Of a stretch of DNA of 64,000 nt, positions 17,888-27,238 are shown piece after piece; the stretch's first letter is position 1; every line of letters begins with the position of its first letter. A program made the translations under genes and the position numbers. The stretch comes from a virus, in the IMG/VR virus record IMGVR_UViG_3300019850_000208, positions 1 through 64,000 of that record. One strand, given 5' to 3'. The notes under the pieces were generated by a model. It ran no database searches and had not been told where the DNA came from. It saw only the letters and a list, made by a program, of their open reading frames with translations.

Positions 17888-18672
17888 TATCGATTTGTAT
17901 AACTTTAAAAAATAGAGCAGAATTATTAAATAGAAAATTACTTAATATATATAATTCTAATTTTGATAATAAAAAAATAGAAATTTGTATTTCAGACGGT
18001 AATTCTACTGATAATTTAATTGAAATAATTAAGAAGTGGTATGAAAAATTTTATCAAATAAAATATGTAACTAGTGATAGATCAAAATTACCCTTTAAAA
18101 TAAAAACAAATAATCCAACTTGTGATTGGAATTCTCTAGTATCCAATTTACCTAGTTTTAATAAAATAATATTAAGTGATCCAGAAGTATTGTTTTCTGA
18201 TTCAGACCAATTAAAATGGATTTATAGTAAGCTTGATAATGATATTTGCATATGGCACTCCTCATTCTTAATGAAAAAAGGGTATGAGTATCAAGATTTT
18301 AGTGATGAATATAAAAATAAAAATAATATAGAACAATATGCTAGAGGTACATCTGGTAGATGTATGGCTTTTCTAAAACCTACTTTTATAGAAAATAGAG
18401 GATTTGAGGAAAAATTTGCCATTGGCTTTGCTGGAGAAGATAATTATTTTATAGAAAGATTTAAAACACAAAAAAAAGAATTAAGATCACCTTATGCTAC
18501 CATACATTTATGGCATACTACTTATGTAACAGAAGAAAATTTAAAAATAAGAAATGAATATACCATGCCTCTGTTAAGAAAATTAAGAAAAACATATCCT
18601 ATTCCAAATGAAAATAATCCTGATTGGAAAAGGCCGGAAATGCTAAGTAATTTCAAAATATATAAGGAATAA
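17884..18672 (+). CDS. GT-A (GT2/GT7-like) glycosyltransferase
   Basis: ISICITLKNR, EICISDGNSTD, GFEEKFAIGFAGED, HLWH. Confidence 0.8.
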   Translation: MISICITLKNRAELLNRKLLNIYNSNFDNKKIEICISDGNSTDNLIEIIKKWYEKFYQIKYVTSDRSKLPFKIKTNNPTCDWNSLVSNLPSFNKIILSDPEVLFSDSDQLKWIYSKLDNDICIWHSSFLMKKGYEYQDFSDEYKNKNNIEQYARGTSGRCMAFLKPTFIENRGFEEKFAIGFAGEDNYFIERFKTQKKELRSPYATIHLWHTTYVTEENLKIRNEYTMPLLRKLRKTYPIPNENNPDWKRPEMLSNFKIYKE

Positions 18673-18676
18673 AAAT

Positions 18677-18775
18677 GTGAAAACAAATTTAACTATTCAT
18701 TCAGTAATCAGAAATGGACCTTTTATTTATTATTCAATAAAGTCGGTTTATAATATTTTATCAAGAGGTTTTTAA
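18677..18775 (+). pseudogene. 32-codon fragment resembling a GT2 N-terminus
   Basis: GTG-start ORF MKTNLTIHSVIRNGPFIYYSIKSVYNILSRGF* after AAGGA RBS; stop abuts the next ATG. Confidence 0.5.
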
Positions 18776-19774
18776 ATGGATAATAAAATCAATATAGACA
18801 AATTATTAATAAATAGATCAGATCTCACTTTGTCACTAGGATTAGCGGGTTTACCTATTGCACAAATGACTACTCATGTACCTTATTTTGAAAATATAAA
18901 AAAGAAAATATATTCAAAAAATTATGCTTATTATACAATATTAAATAAATCGCAACCCGAAAAACTTACAACTAAAAATGAATATAATATTAGTTTATTT
19001 AATAAAATTAAAAATGAAGGTGTTGATATAATTAATCCCATAACTGGTTTTCCATTACATACAAAAACAGAAATATACGGCGGTCACCATAGAGCCGTTT
19101 GTGCTTATTTAAATAATATAAAAGAAATTCCTATTGAATATAAGAATTTAGAATTATTTAATAATACAAATGCACAATCAATACAAAAAGCATATTTTGA
19201 AGCAACTAAGACAGAGGCAATAAGAAAAGGATGCTCATATAATCCTGTACCTGGTTTGAAACCTATTAGAAAAGGTATTGATAGAATAAAAATGATATAT
19301 GAAGATATAGTAGATTGTAGAGGAAAAGAATTAATTGATTTAGGATGTAATGATGGTTATTTTGGAATTTTTTTTGGACAACATGCTTTTAATATAACAT
19401 TTGTTGAAAGAAGTCCTGCTTATTCAAATATAGTAAAAAAGAAATTAGAAACATTAAATATGGGAGCAAAATTATATACATGCTCAATATTTGATTATTT
19501 AAAAAAATATGATAAAAAATTTGATGTAATTATTTACTTAGATGTTTTTTATCATACTGTTGTAGAAAAAGGGCTAGATTATTCTCTTAAAGAATTGGAG
19601 AAAATTATTAATATAGGAAAAAAAATATTTATTGCGCCTGGTAGATGGGATAAACTACAACTTACTGAGAAAGATTTATTTGAATGGGTTTTAAATAAAA
19701 ATAAACGATTAAGATATATAGGAAGAGACGATGATGGAAAAAATTATGAAAGAGAAATCTATTGTATTGAATAA
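18776..19774 (+). CDS. ParB/Srx-like domain fused to class I SAM methyltransferase
   Basis: YGGHHRAVCAYLNNIKEIP, then LIDLGCNDGYF and FDVIIYLDVFYH. Confidence 0.75.
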   Translation: MDNKINIDKLLINRSDLTLSLGLAGLPIAQMTTHVPYFENIKKKIYSKNYAYYTILNKSQPEKLTTKNEYNISLFNKIKNEGVDIINPITGFPLHTKTEIYGGHHRAVCAYLNNIKEIPIEYKNLELFNNTNAQSIQKAYFEATKTEAIRKGCSYNPVPGLKPIRKGIDRIKMIYEDIVDCRGKELIDLGCNDGYFGIFFGQHAFNITFVERSPAYSNIVKKKLETLNMGAKLYTCSIFDYLKKYDKKFDVIIYLDVFYHTVVEKGLDYSLKELEKIINIGKKIFIAPGRWDKLQLTEKDLFEWVLNKNKRLRYIGRDDDGKNYEREIYCIE

Positions 19775-20318
19775 CAACGATAAGAAAAAAAAGATAAAAG
19801 AAATAATAGATAAATTATCAGAGTATAATTCTATTTTGGATATAGGGTGTGGTGAAGGCAATATACTAAATCAAATAAAGTCTCCTATGAAGATAGGAAT
19901 AGATATATTTAGACCAATACTAGAAAAAAATAAATATAAAAAAAATATTGTTTTTATTAACTATGATTTGAAAAAAAGGTTAGGAAAATTATTTTTATCA
20001 AATTTTTTTGACTGTACTTTTGGATTTGATATTATAGAGCACTTTGATAAGAAAGATGCTATAAATCTTATAAAGGATTGTGAAGAAATCACAAGTAAAT
20101 TTATCTTATTTTTTATACCGGTAGGTAATCATCCTCAAACTAAAGATGATAGAGGATATGGAAATGATTATTATCAAACACATAGAAGTACATGGTATCC
20201 AAAAGAAATGATTGATTTAGATTATGAAGTAGATTTTTATCCAAACTGGCATAATCAAAAAGGAAAAGATAGTGGTGCTATGTTTTGTTATAAGGAAATT
20301 AAAAATGAGGTAAAATAA
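19731..20318 (+). CDS. Class I SAM-dependent methyltransferase
   Basis: ILDIGCGEG, IGIDI, FDIIEHF, THRSTW. Confidence 0.85.
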   Translation: MMEKIMKEKSIVLNNNDKKKKIKEIIDKLSEYNSILDIGCGEGNILNQIKSPMKIGIDIFRPILEKNKYKKNIVFINYDLKKRLGKLFLSNFFDCTFGFDIIEHFDKKDAINLIKDCEEITSKFILFFIPVGNHPQTKDDRGYGNDYYQTHRSTWYPKEMIDLDYEVDFYPNWHNQKGKDSGAMFCYKEIKNEVK

Positions 20319-20384
20319 AAAATGAAAAGATAGTGGTGCTATGTTTTGTTATAAGGAAATTAAAAATGAGGTAAAATAAAAAAT
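20263..20384 (+). repeat. Exact 61-bp tandem duplication spanning a gene junction
   Basis: 20263-20323 is identical to 20324-20384 (GAAAAGATAGTGGTGC...GAGGTAAAATAAAAAAT). Confidence 0.95.
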
Positions 20385-21507
20385 GAATAATGATAATATT
20401 TGGTCTAATCCATATAATCCATTTCAAAAATTTAAGATACTTGCTTGGTATGATCGAATGAAAAGTATTCAAAAAGGGGAATATCAAGCACCTGTTAATA
20501 TTGCTCTTGATATTTGTCAAGGTACAAAAGATCATAAGTTATGTGGTGGATTTAATTGTAATTTTTGTATGAGTAATCTTGAGGATGTAGGTAAAATATC
20601 TTATATTCCAGAAAAGATTTTATTAGAAATTCCTAAATTTTATTCTGAATGGGGTGTAAAATCAATTTGTTTAGCCGGTAATAATTCAGATCCATTAATG
20701 TATAAACATTCTACTTTAATTAAATTTCTTGAATTATGTAAGAAATGGAATGTTGAAGTTGGATTTGTTTCTAATGGAGCATTTTACACACAGAAATTAC
20801 TTGAAGTGGTAGCAGAAACTTGTAAGTGGAGTGGGTGGAGTGTTAATGCTAGTACTGCAAAAACTCATTCAATATTGACAGGGATGCCAGAAAAAACTTT
20901 TCATAAAATTATTTCTAATATAGAAAAGATGCATGATTACATAGAAAAGAAAAATCTTAACCATGATATTGGGTATAAGTATTTAATAACAAATGAAAAT
21001 TATAATGAAATTTTTGTTGGAGTAAAATTGGCTAGTTCAATCGGAGTGAGGCATTTTCAGATAAGGCCATGCGAATTACCTGAGTGGCGTAGAAAAAAAA
21101 TAAATGTAAAAGTAGTAGAAAGACAAATTAAGAAAGCATTAAAACTTGAAAGGCCTGGTGAGTTTGAAGTATTTGGTATTAGAGAAAAATTTAAAGTTGA
21201 TTTTTCCAAGAAACCACCAAAGAGATGTATTGCAAGTCCACTAGGTTCAACTTGGAAAGCTGATGGTGATATTGTAATTTGTCCGGATAGGAGATGGTCG
21301 GCACATCAACCAGATATGACATTAGGTAATTTTATTAAAGATGGACTTCCAGCTATTATAAAAAAATGGAATGGTATTGAGCATAAAAAAATGATAGCCG
21401 CGGCGAATAAACATATTAATGAATGTATTAGGTGTACATCCTATAGTTGGCATGAAATTTATGAGGAATGTGTAGCTAAGGATTCACTTGATATTACATT
21501 AATATAG
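20383..21507 (+). CDS. Radical SAM/SPASM protein
   Basis: CGGFNCNFC (CX4CX2C variant), FVSNG, C-terminal CIASP...ADGDIVICPD...LGN...CIRC. Confidence 0.85.
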   Translation: MNNDNIWSNPYNPFQKFKILAWYDRMKSIQKGEYQAPVNIALDICQGTKDHKLCGGFNCNFCMSNLEDVGKISYIPEKILLEIPKFYSEWGVKSICLAGNNSDPLMYKHSTLIKFLELCKKWNVEVGFVSNGAFYTQKLLEVVAETCKWSGWSVNASTAKTHSILTGMPEKTFHKIISNIEKMHDYIEKKNLNHDIGYKYLITNENYNEIFVGVKLASSIGVRHFQIRPCELPEWRRKKINVKVVERQIKKALKLERPGEFEVFGIREKFKVDFSKKPPKRCIASPLGSTWKADGDIVICPDRRWSAHQPDMTLGNFIKDGLPAIIKKWNGIEHKKMIAAANKHINECIRCTSYSWHEIYEECVAKDSLDITLI

Positions 21508-21530
21508 GGAAGGAAATGGAGGCATGATAA

Positions 21531-22067
21531 ATGGCAAAAAAAATATTATTCACACATATCCCTAGAACCGGCGGGACAACAATTAAAAGATTGCTTAAAG
21601 GAAAGATAACTTTTCTTAAGGATCATACTGGCTTTGATGAAATACCGCTACAACAGTATAATAATTATTTCAAAGTGGCTTTTGTAAGAAACCCGTGGGA
21701 AAGATATCTGTCTATGTATATTGAGAATAGTATTGGCCACATTTTCAGAGCGGAACCATTTGAATGGATCTCTTTTGATAACTATATATATGATTTGTCT
21801 AATACTTTTATGAAAAAAAGGCAACTAGAATTTATATCTTTTGATGGCCAAATAGTGGCAGATTTCATTGGAAGATATGAGAACTATGAGAAAGATTTTT
21901 ATAAGCTATGTGAAATAGCAGGCATAAAAAACGTAGAGCTCAACTTGAAATTGCGTTATAATGGCGATTATAATTACAGGAAGTTCTACAATAATGACAC
22001 TAGGGAATTTGTAGCAAAATATGCTAAGCGAGATATAGAATATTTTAACTATAAATTTGGGGAATAG
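21531..22067 (+). CDS. Sulfotransferase family 2 protein
   Basis: FTHIPRTGGTTI, AFVRNPWERYLSMY, FIGRYENYEKDF. Confidence 0.85.
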   Translation: MAKKILFTHIPRTGGTTIKRLLKGKITFLKDHTGFDEIPLQQYNNYFKVAFVRNPWERYLSMYIENSIGHIFRAEPFEWISFDNYIYDLSNTFMKKRQLEFISFDGQIVADFIGRYENYEKDFYKLCEIAGIKNVELNLKLRYNGDYNYRKFYNNDTREFVAKYAKRDIEYFNYKFGE

Positions 22068-22068
22068 T

Positions 22069-22605
22069 ATGGCCCATGTTCTATGGTTTACCGGATTGTC
22101 AGGTTCAGGCAAAAGCACTCTTGCAAATAGAATAAAAAAACACTTTCCAAAATATGTACTGCTAGATGGTGATGTCTTGAGGAAAGGTTTGTGTAATGAT
22201 TTGGGTTTTTCCATAGAAGACCGTGAAGAAAATATGCGGCGTCTGATTGAATTGTGCAAAATATTTATTGCTAATGACATAAGTGTAATAACGGCTTTTA
22301 TTTCTCCATTTAATGATGCTAGGAAGCTTGCCAAAAAAGAAATAGAAAAACTTGGCGGAAAATGTTATATTATATGGTGTAAATGTCCTCTTGCCGCATG
22401 CCAGAAGAGAGATCCAAAAGGATTATATCTCAAGGTTGCAAAAGGAGAGATAGAGAACTTTACAGGCGTAACCAGCCCTTATGAACCGCCATCTGCTCCA
22501 TATATGAAAGCAGACATAACTATTAATACCGCAGAATTAGATATAGATGTTTCTACTAATGAAATAATTAGGTTTTTGATAGGAGAACAAGATGTACTTT
22601 ACTAA
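22069..22605 (+). CDS. cysC: Adenylyl-sulfate (APS) kinase
   Basis: WFTGLSGSGKSTLA, LDGDVLR..LCNDLGFSIEDREENMRR, FISPF, RDPKGLY, FTGVTSPYEPP. Confidence 0.95.
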   Translation: MAHVLWFTGLSGSGKSTLANRIKKHFPKYVLLDGDVLRKGLCNDLGFSIEDREENMRRLIELCKIFIANDISVITAFISPFNDARKLAKKEIEKLGGKCYIIWCKCPLAACQKRDPKGLYLKVAKGEIENFTGVTSPYEPPSAPYMKADITINTAELDIDVSTNEIIRFLIGEQDVLY

Positions 22606-23008
22606 TGCTGAGCCACAAGAACCACATGTGGCTTTTATAGGCCGATGGGCTCCACTGCACAAGGGACATACATATATAATGATGGAGATGATGAAAAAGA
22701 GGCATCTTCCTTTATTAATATTGGTTAGAAATACTACTTTTGATGAAATAAATGCCAATATCCGAGCCGAGTTGGTTAAGATGTGGATGATAGCTGAAGG
22801 TATAAAAGGAACAATAATGATAATCCCCGATATAGAGGGAATATATTATGGCCGCGGCGTAGGTTATAATATAGAGGAAATAAAGCCATCAGAAAATATA
22901 ACGGCCATCTCAGCAACAGAAATAAGAAAAAGAATGGCAAATAATGATAATTCATGGAAAGAGCTTGTTGCTAATGGAACAGCTGAATTTTTGGAATCAA
23001 CATTATGA
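22592..23008 (+). CDS. Small HxGH (cytidylyltransferase-like) nucleotidyltransferase
   Basis: FIGRWAPLHKGH, YGRGVGY, ISATEIRK; overlaps cysC. Confidence 0.75.
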   Translation: MYFTNAEPQEPHVAFIGRWAPLHKGHTYIMMEMMKKRHLPLLILVRNTTFDEINANIRAELVKMWMIAEGIKGTIMIIPDIEGIYYGRGVGYNIEEIKPSENITAISATEIRKRMANNDNSWKELVANGTAEFLESTL

Positions 23009-23703
23009 GTAGATTTTATATACTTGCGACCGGGCCGTCTATTAATAAGATAAAAGAAAAGGAATGGGAATTTCTTAAAAAGCAGAATACCATGGGAATT
23101 TCGTGGTTTGCCAAATACGGTTCTTTCCAGCCAAAATATTATTATTTTCACGAGAGCAATCAACGAAAAACAATGCACAAAATACTGGCTGATTTCAAAC
23201 AGACTTTTTTCATAACTACAAAAAATCATAAATTGCCGTCAGATGCCATACGGGAAAAGAGATATCAATATATTACTCACACTCCATTCAAGGAAGCATT
23301 TAAAGGCAAGATATGGTATAATGACGAACCTGAGCCTCCAGCATCTTTTGCAAAAGTGTGGGCAAAGGATTTCAGTCAACAACTTTTGGGTTTCAGAGGA
23401 ACTTTAATTGCCGCAATGAATGCTGCTTCAATTTTGGGTGCCGATGAGCTTTTTTTATGTGGCGTGGATTTAAGAGATAACAGGCATTTTTACCAAAATG
23501 AGGAAAGCAATTTATTTAATGATGGCCTTAAAAATAAAGGCATAAAATTAAAAACACATTCTTCAGCGGTATCCTTTGACAATATCAGAACAGTATTAGA
23601 CTGTTTGAGATGGTTAAGTAAGTATCTTACTATTTACGTGACCAATAAAAAAAGCTTACTGTACAAAAAGAAAATACTAAAATATAGGCCCATAATATGC
23701 TAG
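23005..23703 (+). CDS. Maf/sialyltransferase-like (MAF_flag10-like) protein
   Basis: ILATGPS, GTLIAAMNAASILGADELFLCGVD, HFY. Confidence 0.65.
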   Translation: MSRFYILATGPSINKIKEKEWEFLKKQNTMGISWFAKYGSFQPKYYYFHESNQRKTMHKILADFKQTFFITTKNHKLPSDAIREKRYQYITHTPFKEAFKGKIWYNDEPEPPASFAKVWAKDFSQQLLGFRGTLIAAMNAASILGADELFLCGVDLRDNRHFYQNEESNLFNDGLKNKGIKLKTHSSAVSFDNIRTVLDCLRWLSKYLTIYVTNKKSLLYKKKILKYRPIIC

Positions 23704-24587
23704 ATGTTTTACTGCTGACACATAACAATCTTAAAACATTAAATAAATGTCTTGATGCTCTGAGCGATCATACAGACGCTAAATATAGAATATTTATATT
23801 CGATAATGGCTCTACAGATAAAAAGTTTCTTGAATATCTAGATAGTATAACCGACCGGAAAATACATATATCAAAAAATGAAAGTAATATAGGAATAGGG
23901 CCCGGGAGAAGAATTTTATCCAATCTTGCGGATGGAAATTACTTGATGTTTTTAGATTCGGATATGATAGTGACATCTAAATGGGACTATTATATGAAAA
24001 GAGTAATGGATAAACAGGATGCTGATGCGGTTTCTGCGCGATTTAGGAAAGGAACAAGTGATTATATTCAGGCCAATGGCGGATATTATTACGTTAAAAA
24101 AAAGAAATATATTTATATAGAACATTATGATGAAGGCAAAGAAGCAGGATCTCCGGCAGTAATAAGAAAATGTACATGGCTCCCAGGCGGCGTTATGATG
24201 ATATCTAAAGAAGTCAATGATAAAGTTAAATACCTTTCTTTCGGGTATAAAATTGGTTTTGAGGATATAGATTTTTCATTCCAAATGCGAAACGCCGGGT
24301 TTAGACTCTATAGTTGTCCATTTACTGATTTTCGTCATTTGCATCTCGAGAAAGAATCCGGTTATGCTCAGGTGCGTAAAGACAAAGTCGAGTTGCTTTT
24401 GTCTATCGCTCTTTTTACGGAGCGCTGGCTATTAAATCCAATTCGTAGCTGGACAGTAGATAATTTTTTGTTCAAGAAAAGATTAACGGATGCCGAAATA
24501 GACAAATTAATTCGGTGGGTGATCCAGAATCGAGATAACCGAGAGCTTATAGAAACAAGAATAATGCGCATAAGAGGCGCTAGATGA
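23697..24587 (+). CDS. GT2 glycosyltransferase
   Basis: LTHN, FDNGSTD, MFLDSD, GFEDIDF. Confidence 0.85.
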   Translation: MLDVLLLTHNNLKTLNKCLDALSDHTDAKYRIFIFDNGSTDKKFLEYLDSITDRKIHISKNESNIGIGPGRRILSNLADGNYLMFLDSDMIVTSKWDYYMKRVMDKQDADAVSARFRKGTSDYIQANGGYYYVKKKKYIYIEHYDEGKEAGSPAVIRKCTWLPGGVMMISKEVNDKVKYLSFGYKIGFEDIDFSFQMRNAGFRLYSCPFTDFRHLHLEKESGYAQVRKDKVELLLSIALFTERWLLNPIRSWTVDNFLFKKRLTDAEIDKLIRWVIQNRDNRELIETRIMRIRGAR

Positions 24588-25264
24588 CCATTGATGAATA
24601 CTTTGACAGAATATTTGTTATTAATCTAGATCATCGGAAGGATAAATGGCAGTTGGTGACCAAGAATTTGGATAACATGAATATTACAAATTATGAAAGG
24701 TTTTCTGCCATCAAACCAGATTATAATGATATATCTCCCGAATACAAAGCATGGTTTAGCTCCAAAAATCATTCCGATGGTCCTGACGAAACTTATACAG
24801 TGGGTGCCATGGGATGCAAGATGAGTCATTTGAGGGTTATCAATATTGCGAAAAACCGAGGATATGATAAAGTTCTAATACTGGAGGATGATGTAGAATT
24901 TAGGCAGGATGCTCAAAAATTGTTTGATATGGCAGTGGCCCAATTAGAAGGCCTGCCACCCTGGGATATGTTGTATTTTACCGGAAATCATGGAAGACGC
25001 TATGATAAAGTTTCCAACAATATTATTAGAATCCACGGAAGTCATTCTACAGTTGGATATGCTGTGCACTCGCGTGTATTCAAAACGATTGTAGAGAATG
25101 GACCAAAATATTACAAACACATAGATGTGTTTTATAAGGATAAGATTCATCCATTCTATAATTGCTATTGCATAACTCCGCACATCGTATGGAACATGGA
25201 TGGATATAGCGATATTGAGCAAGGATTTCGTGAGTATAGGGTTTTGAAAAGAAGGTATATATAA
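24584..25264 (+). CDS. GT25 glycosyltransferase
   Basis: FVINLDHRKDK, RFSAI, GCKMSH, LILEDD, SDIE. Confidence 0.9.
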   Translation: MTIDEYFDRIFVINLDHRKDKWQLVTKNLDNMNITNYERFSAIKPDYNDISPEYKAWFSSKNHSDGPDETYTVGAMGCKMSHLRVINIAKNRGYDKVLILEDDVEFRQDAQKLFDMAVAQLEGLPPWDMLYFTGNHGRRYDKVSNNIIRIHGSHSTVGYAVHSRVFKTIVENGPKYYKHIDVFYKDKIHPFYNCYCITPHIVWNMDGYSDIEQGFREYRVLKRRYI

Positions 25265-26361
25265 TGAGAGTTGCTATAATTATATTGACACACAATCGTG
25301 CCGATAAATTGAAAAAACTGTTGCAGACAATCAGCAATAGTACAAAAGAAGCCCACTCTATCTATATCCTTGATAATGGCAGCACGTTGGAATATAATAC
25401 ATTTAATGAGATTGATGATAAATATGATTTAAATTTTTTTAGAAGTACGGATAATTGGTATCCAAGCAAAGCCAGAAATTATCTCTTTAGCAAACTTGAA
25501 AATGAAGAGTTTGTAGTCACATTGGATGACGATATGATGGTGACTGATGGATGGTTAACTGAATTATTGAAATTAGTTCAAACAAGTGATAAGTGCGCAG
25601 GTGTATCACCACGAATCCTTCAAGAGAATAAAAATAAGATACATAGCCAGGGTGGATTTTATACGATATCTGATAATTATTTTATAATATTTCAGGAGTA
25701 TTATAGAATGCAAACGCCTCAGAGAAATGAGAATTCAGTTCTCAAGTGCGATTGGCTTGCTTCCGGCTGCTCACTCTATCCCAGAAAAATAATTGACGAA
25801 TTTAGATATGATGAAAACATGCCATGCATGGAAGATCCTTTGCATTCATATGAAATTAAAAAGGCTGGTTATGATTTGTATAGCACATCCAAATCTGTAG
25901 TTATCCATTCGGCCGGCAAGACTGCCAATGTCGCAATGCGCTCTAATGATAATCTTATAAAAGGTATATGCTACTTTCATCAAAAGACCGGTCTCAATCC
26001 AATAAAAAGTTGGTCAATGCACACCAGGCTCATGCGCGGTAAAACTATAACACACGAAACAATAGATCTTTGGTTGCATTACAATAAGGTTAAATTATCC
26101 ATGGTCAATGGGAATTTACATGATATAAAGACCAAAATGAACAATGCGAATAGACACATCAAGCCTATAAATAGCACACCAGCCAATTTCAATAGGAAAG
26201 TTAAGTCAAAACCAGCCATAGAGGTTGATATGAAACATCTGCCACTATCTCAAAGAAGAAATCCAAAGGCGGCTTATAAGCCTGGTTCGAATTCTATAAA
26301 TGATAGACCCAGAAAAAAGCCATTTCCAGCAAGATATGAATATCTAAAGAGAAATCAATGA
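25264..26361 (+). CDS. GT2 glycosyltransferase with basic C-terminal extension
   Basis: LTHNR, LDNGS, TLDDD, MED; paralog of 23697 (LNPIxSW). Confidence 0.85.
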   Translation: MRVAIIILTHNRADKLKKLLQTISNSTKEAHSIYILDNGSTLEYNTFNEIDDKYDLNFFRSTDNWYPSKARNYLFSKLENEEFVVTLDDDMMVTDGWLTELLKLVQTSDKCAGVSPRILQENKNKIHSQGGFYTISDNYFIIFQEYYRMQTPQRNENSVLKCDWLASGCSLYPRKIIDEFRYDENMPCMEDPLHSYEIKKAGYDLYSTSKSVVIHSAGKTANVAMRSNDNLIKGICYFHQKTGLNPIKSWSMHTRLMRGKTITHETIDLWLHYNKVKLSMVNGNLHDIKTKMNNANRHIKPINSTPANFNRKVKSKPAIEVDMKHLPLSQRRNPKAAYKPGSNSINDRPRKKPFPARYEYLKRNQ

Positions 26362-27167
26362 AAATAAGTATTATTATACCATATCGCGATCGTAGGAGAT
26401 CTATATATTTTCTTATTAAGGAGTTCCAGAAGCAGCAAGGTTTTCTCCAGGGCAATATGGAAATTATTATTGTAAATCTCGGAAGCTCCAAGGTATTGGA
26501 CAAGCACAAGGCACCAAATTTGCACGAAATTAATATAGATTATGATGGCATTTTCTCACGTGGCTATTGCTGTAATGTTGGAGCGAAGAAGGCAAAATAT
26601 GATATTATATGGTTTGTTGATGCGGATTGCGTGCCTCATGTCAGATTGTTAGAATATATTAATTCCAATTTTGACATGAACAATCCTAATTTTGCTATTA
26701 ATGTGCCGGTCATGTTTCTAAATGAGCAGGCTACGGAAAGTATCATAAATAGTGATTACTCCTGGGAGGATTACATTAAATATAAAAATGATCCTCATCT
26801 CTGGCTCAAACCCCGTATAGATGGAACAAGTCAGGTGTGCATGTTTAAAAGAAACTTCATTGAATTGGGCGGCTATGACGAGACGTTTATAGGTCATGGT
26901 GCTGAGGACTTGTTAATACACGATCAAATTGCCAAATTGCTTCCTAATTATTGGGGTCAATGGCCAAAGACAATAGAGGTAAAATGGTCGATAGAAAGAG
27001 ATTTAATTCTTACACATCTATATCATGGAAAGAGAAATTATCATACTCCCTATATGTCCAATTACAGAAAGAACTGGAATATGTACAAAGCTAAAATTAG
27101 TAGCAATATTATGCGCAATAACAGTGGAAGAGAATGGGGATTAATCGAAAAACCACCAATTAAATAA
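26358..27167 (+). CDS. GT2/GT7-like glycosyltransferase
   Basis: ISIIIPYRDR, FVDADC, GGYDETFIGHGAED, HLYH. Confidence 0.85.
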   Translation: MKISIIIPYRDRRRSIYFLIKEFQKQQGFLQGNMEIIIVNLGSSKVLDKHKAPNLHEINIDYDGIFSRGYCCNVGAKKAKYDIIWFVDADCVPHVRLLEYINSNFDMNNPNFAINVPVMFLNEQATESIINSDYSWEDYIKYKNDPHLWLKPRIDGTSQVCMFKRNFIELGGYDETFIGHGAEDLLIHDQIAKLLPNYWGQWPKTIEVKWSIERDLILTHLYHGKRNYHTPYMSNYRKNWNMYKAKISSNIMRNNSGREWGLIEKPPIK

Positions 27168-27238
27168 TTTTTTTGTTATAAAAAACGCTACCAATATAAG
27201 CGCCCGCTTGTAGATATTAATATATGAGGGGTGCTAAT

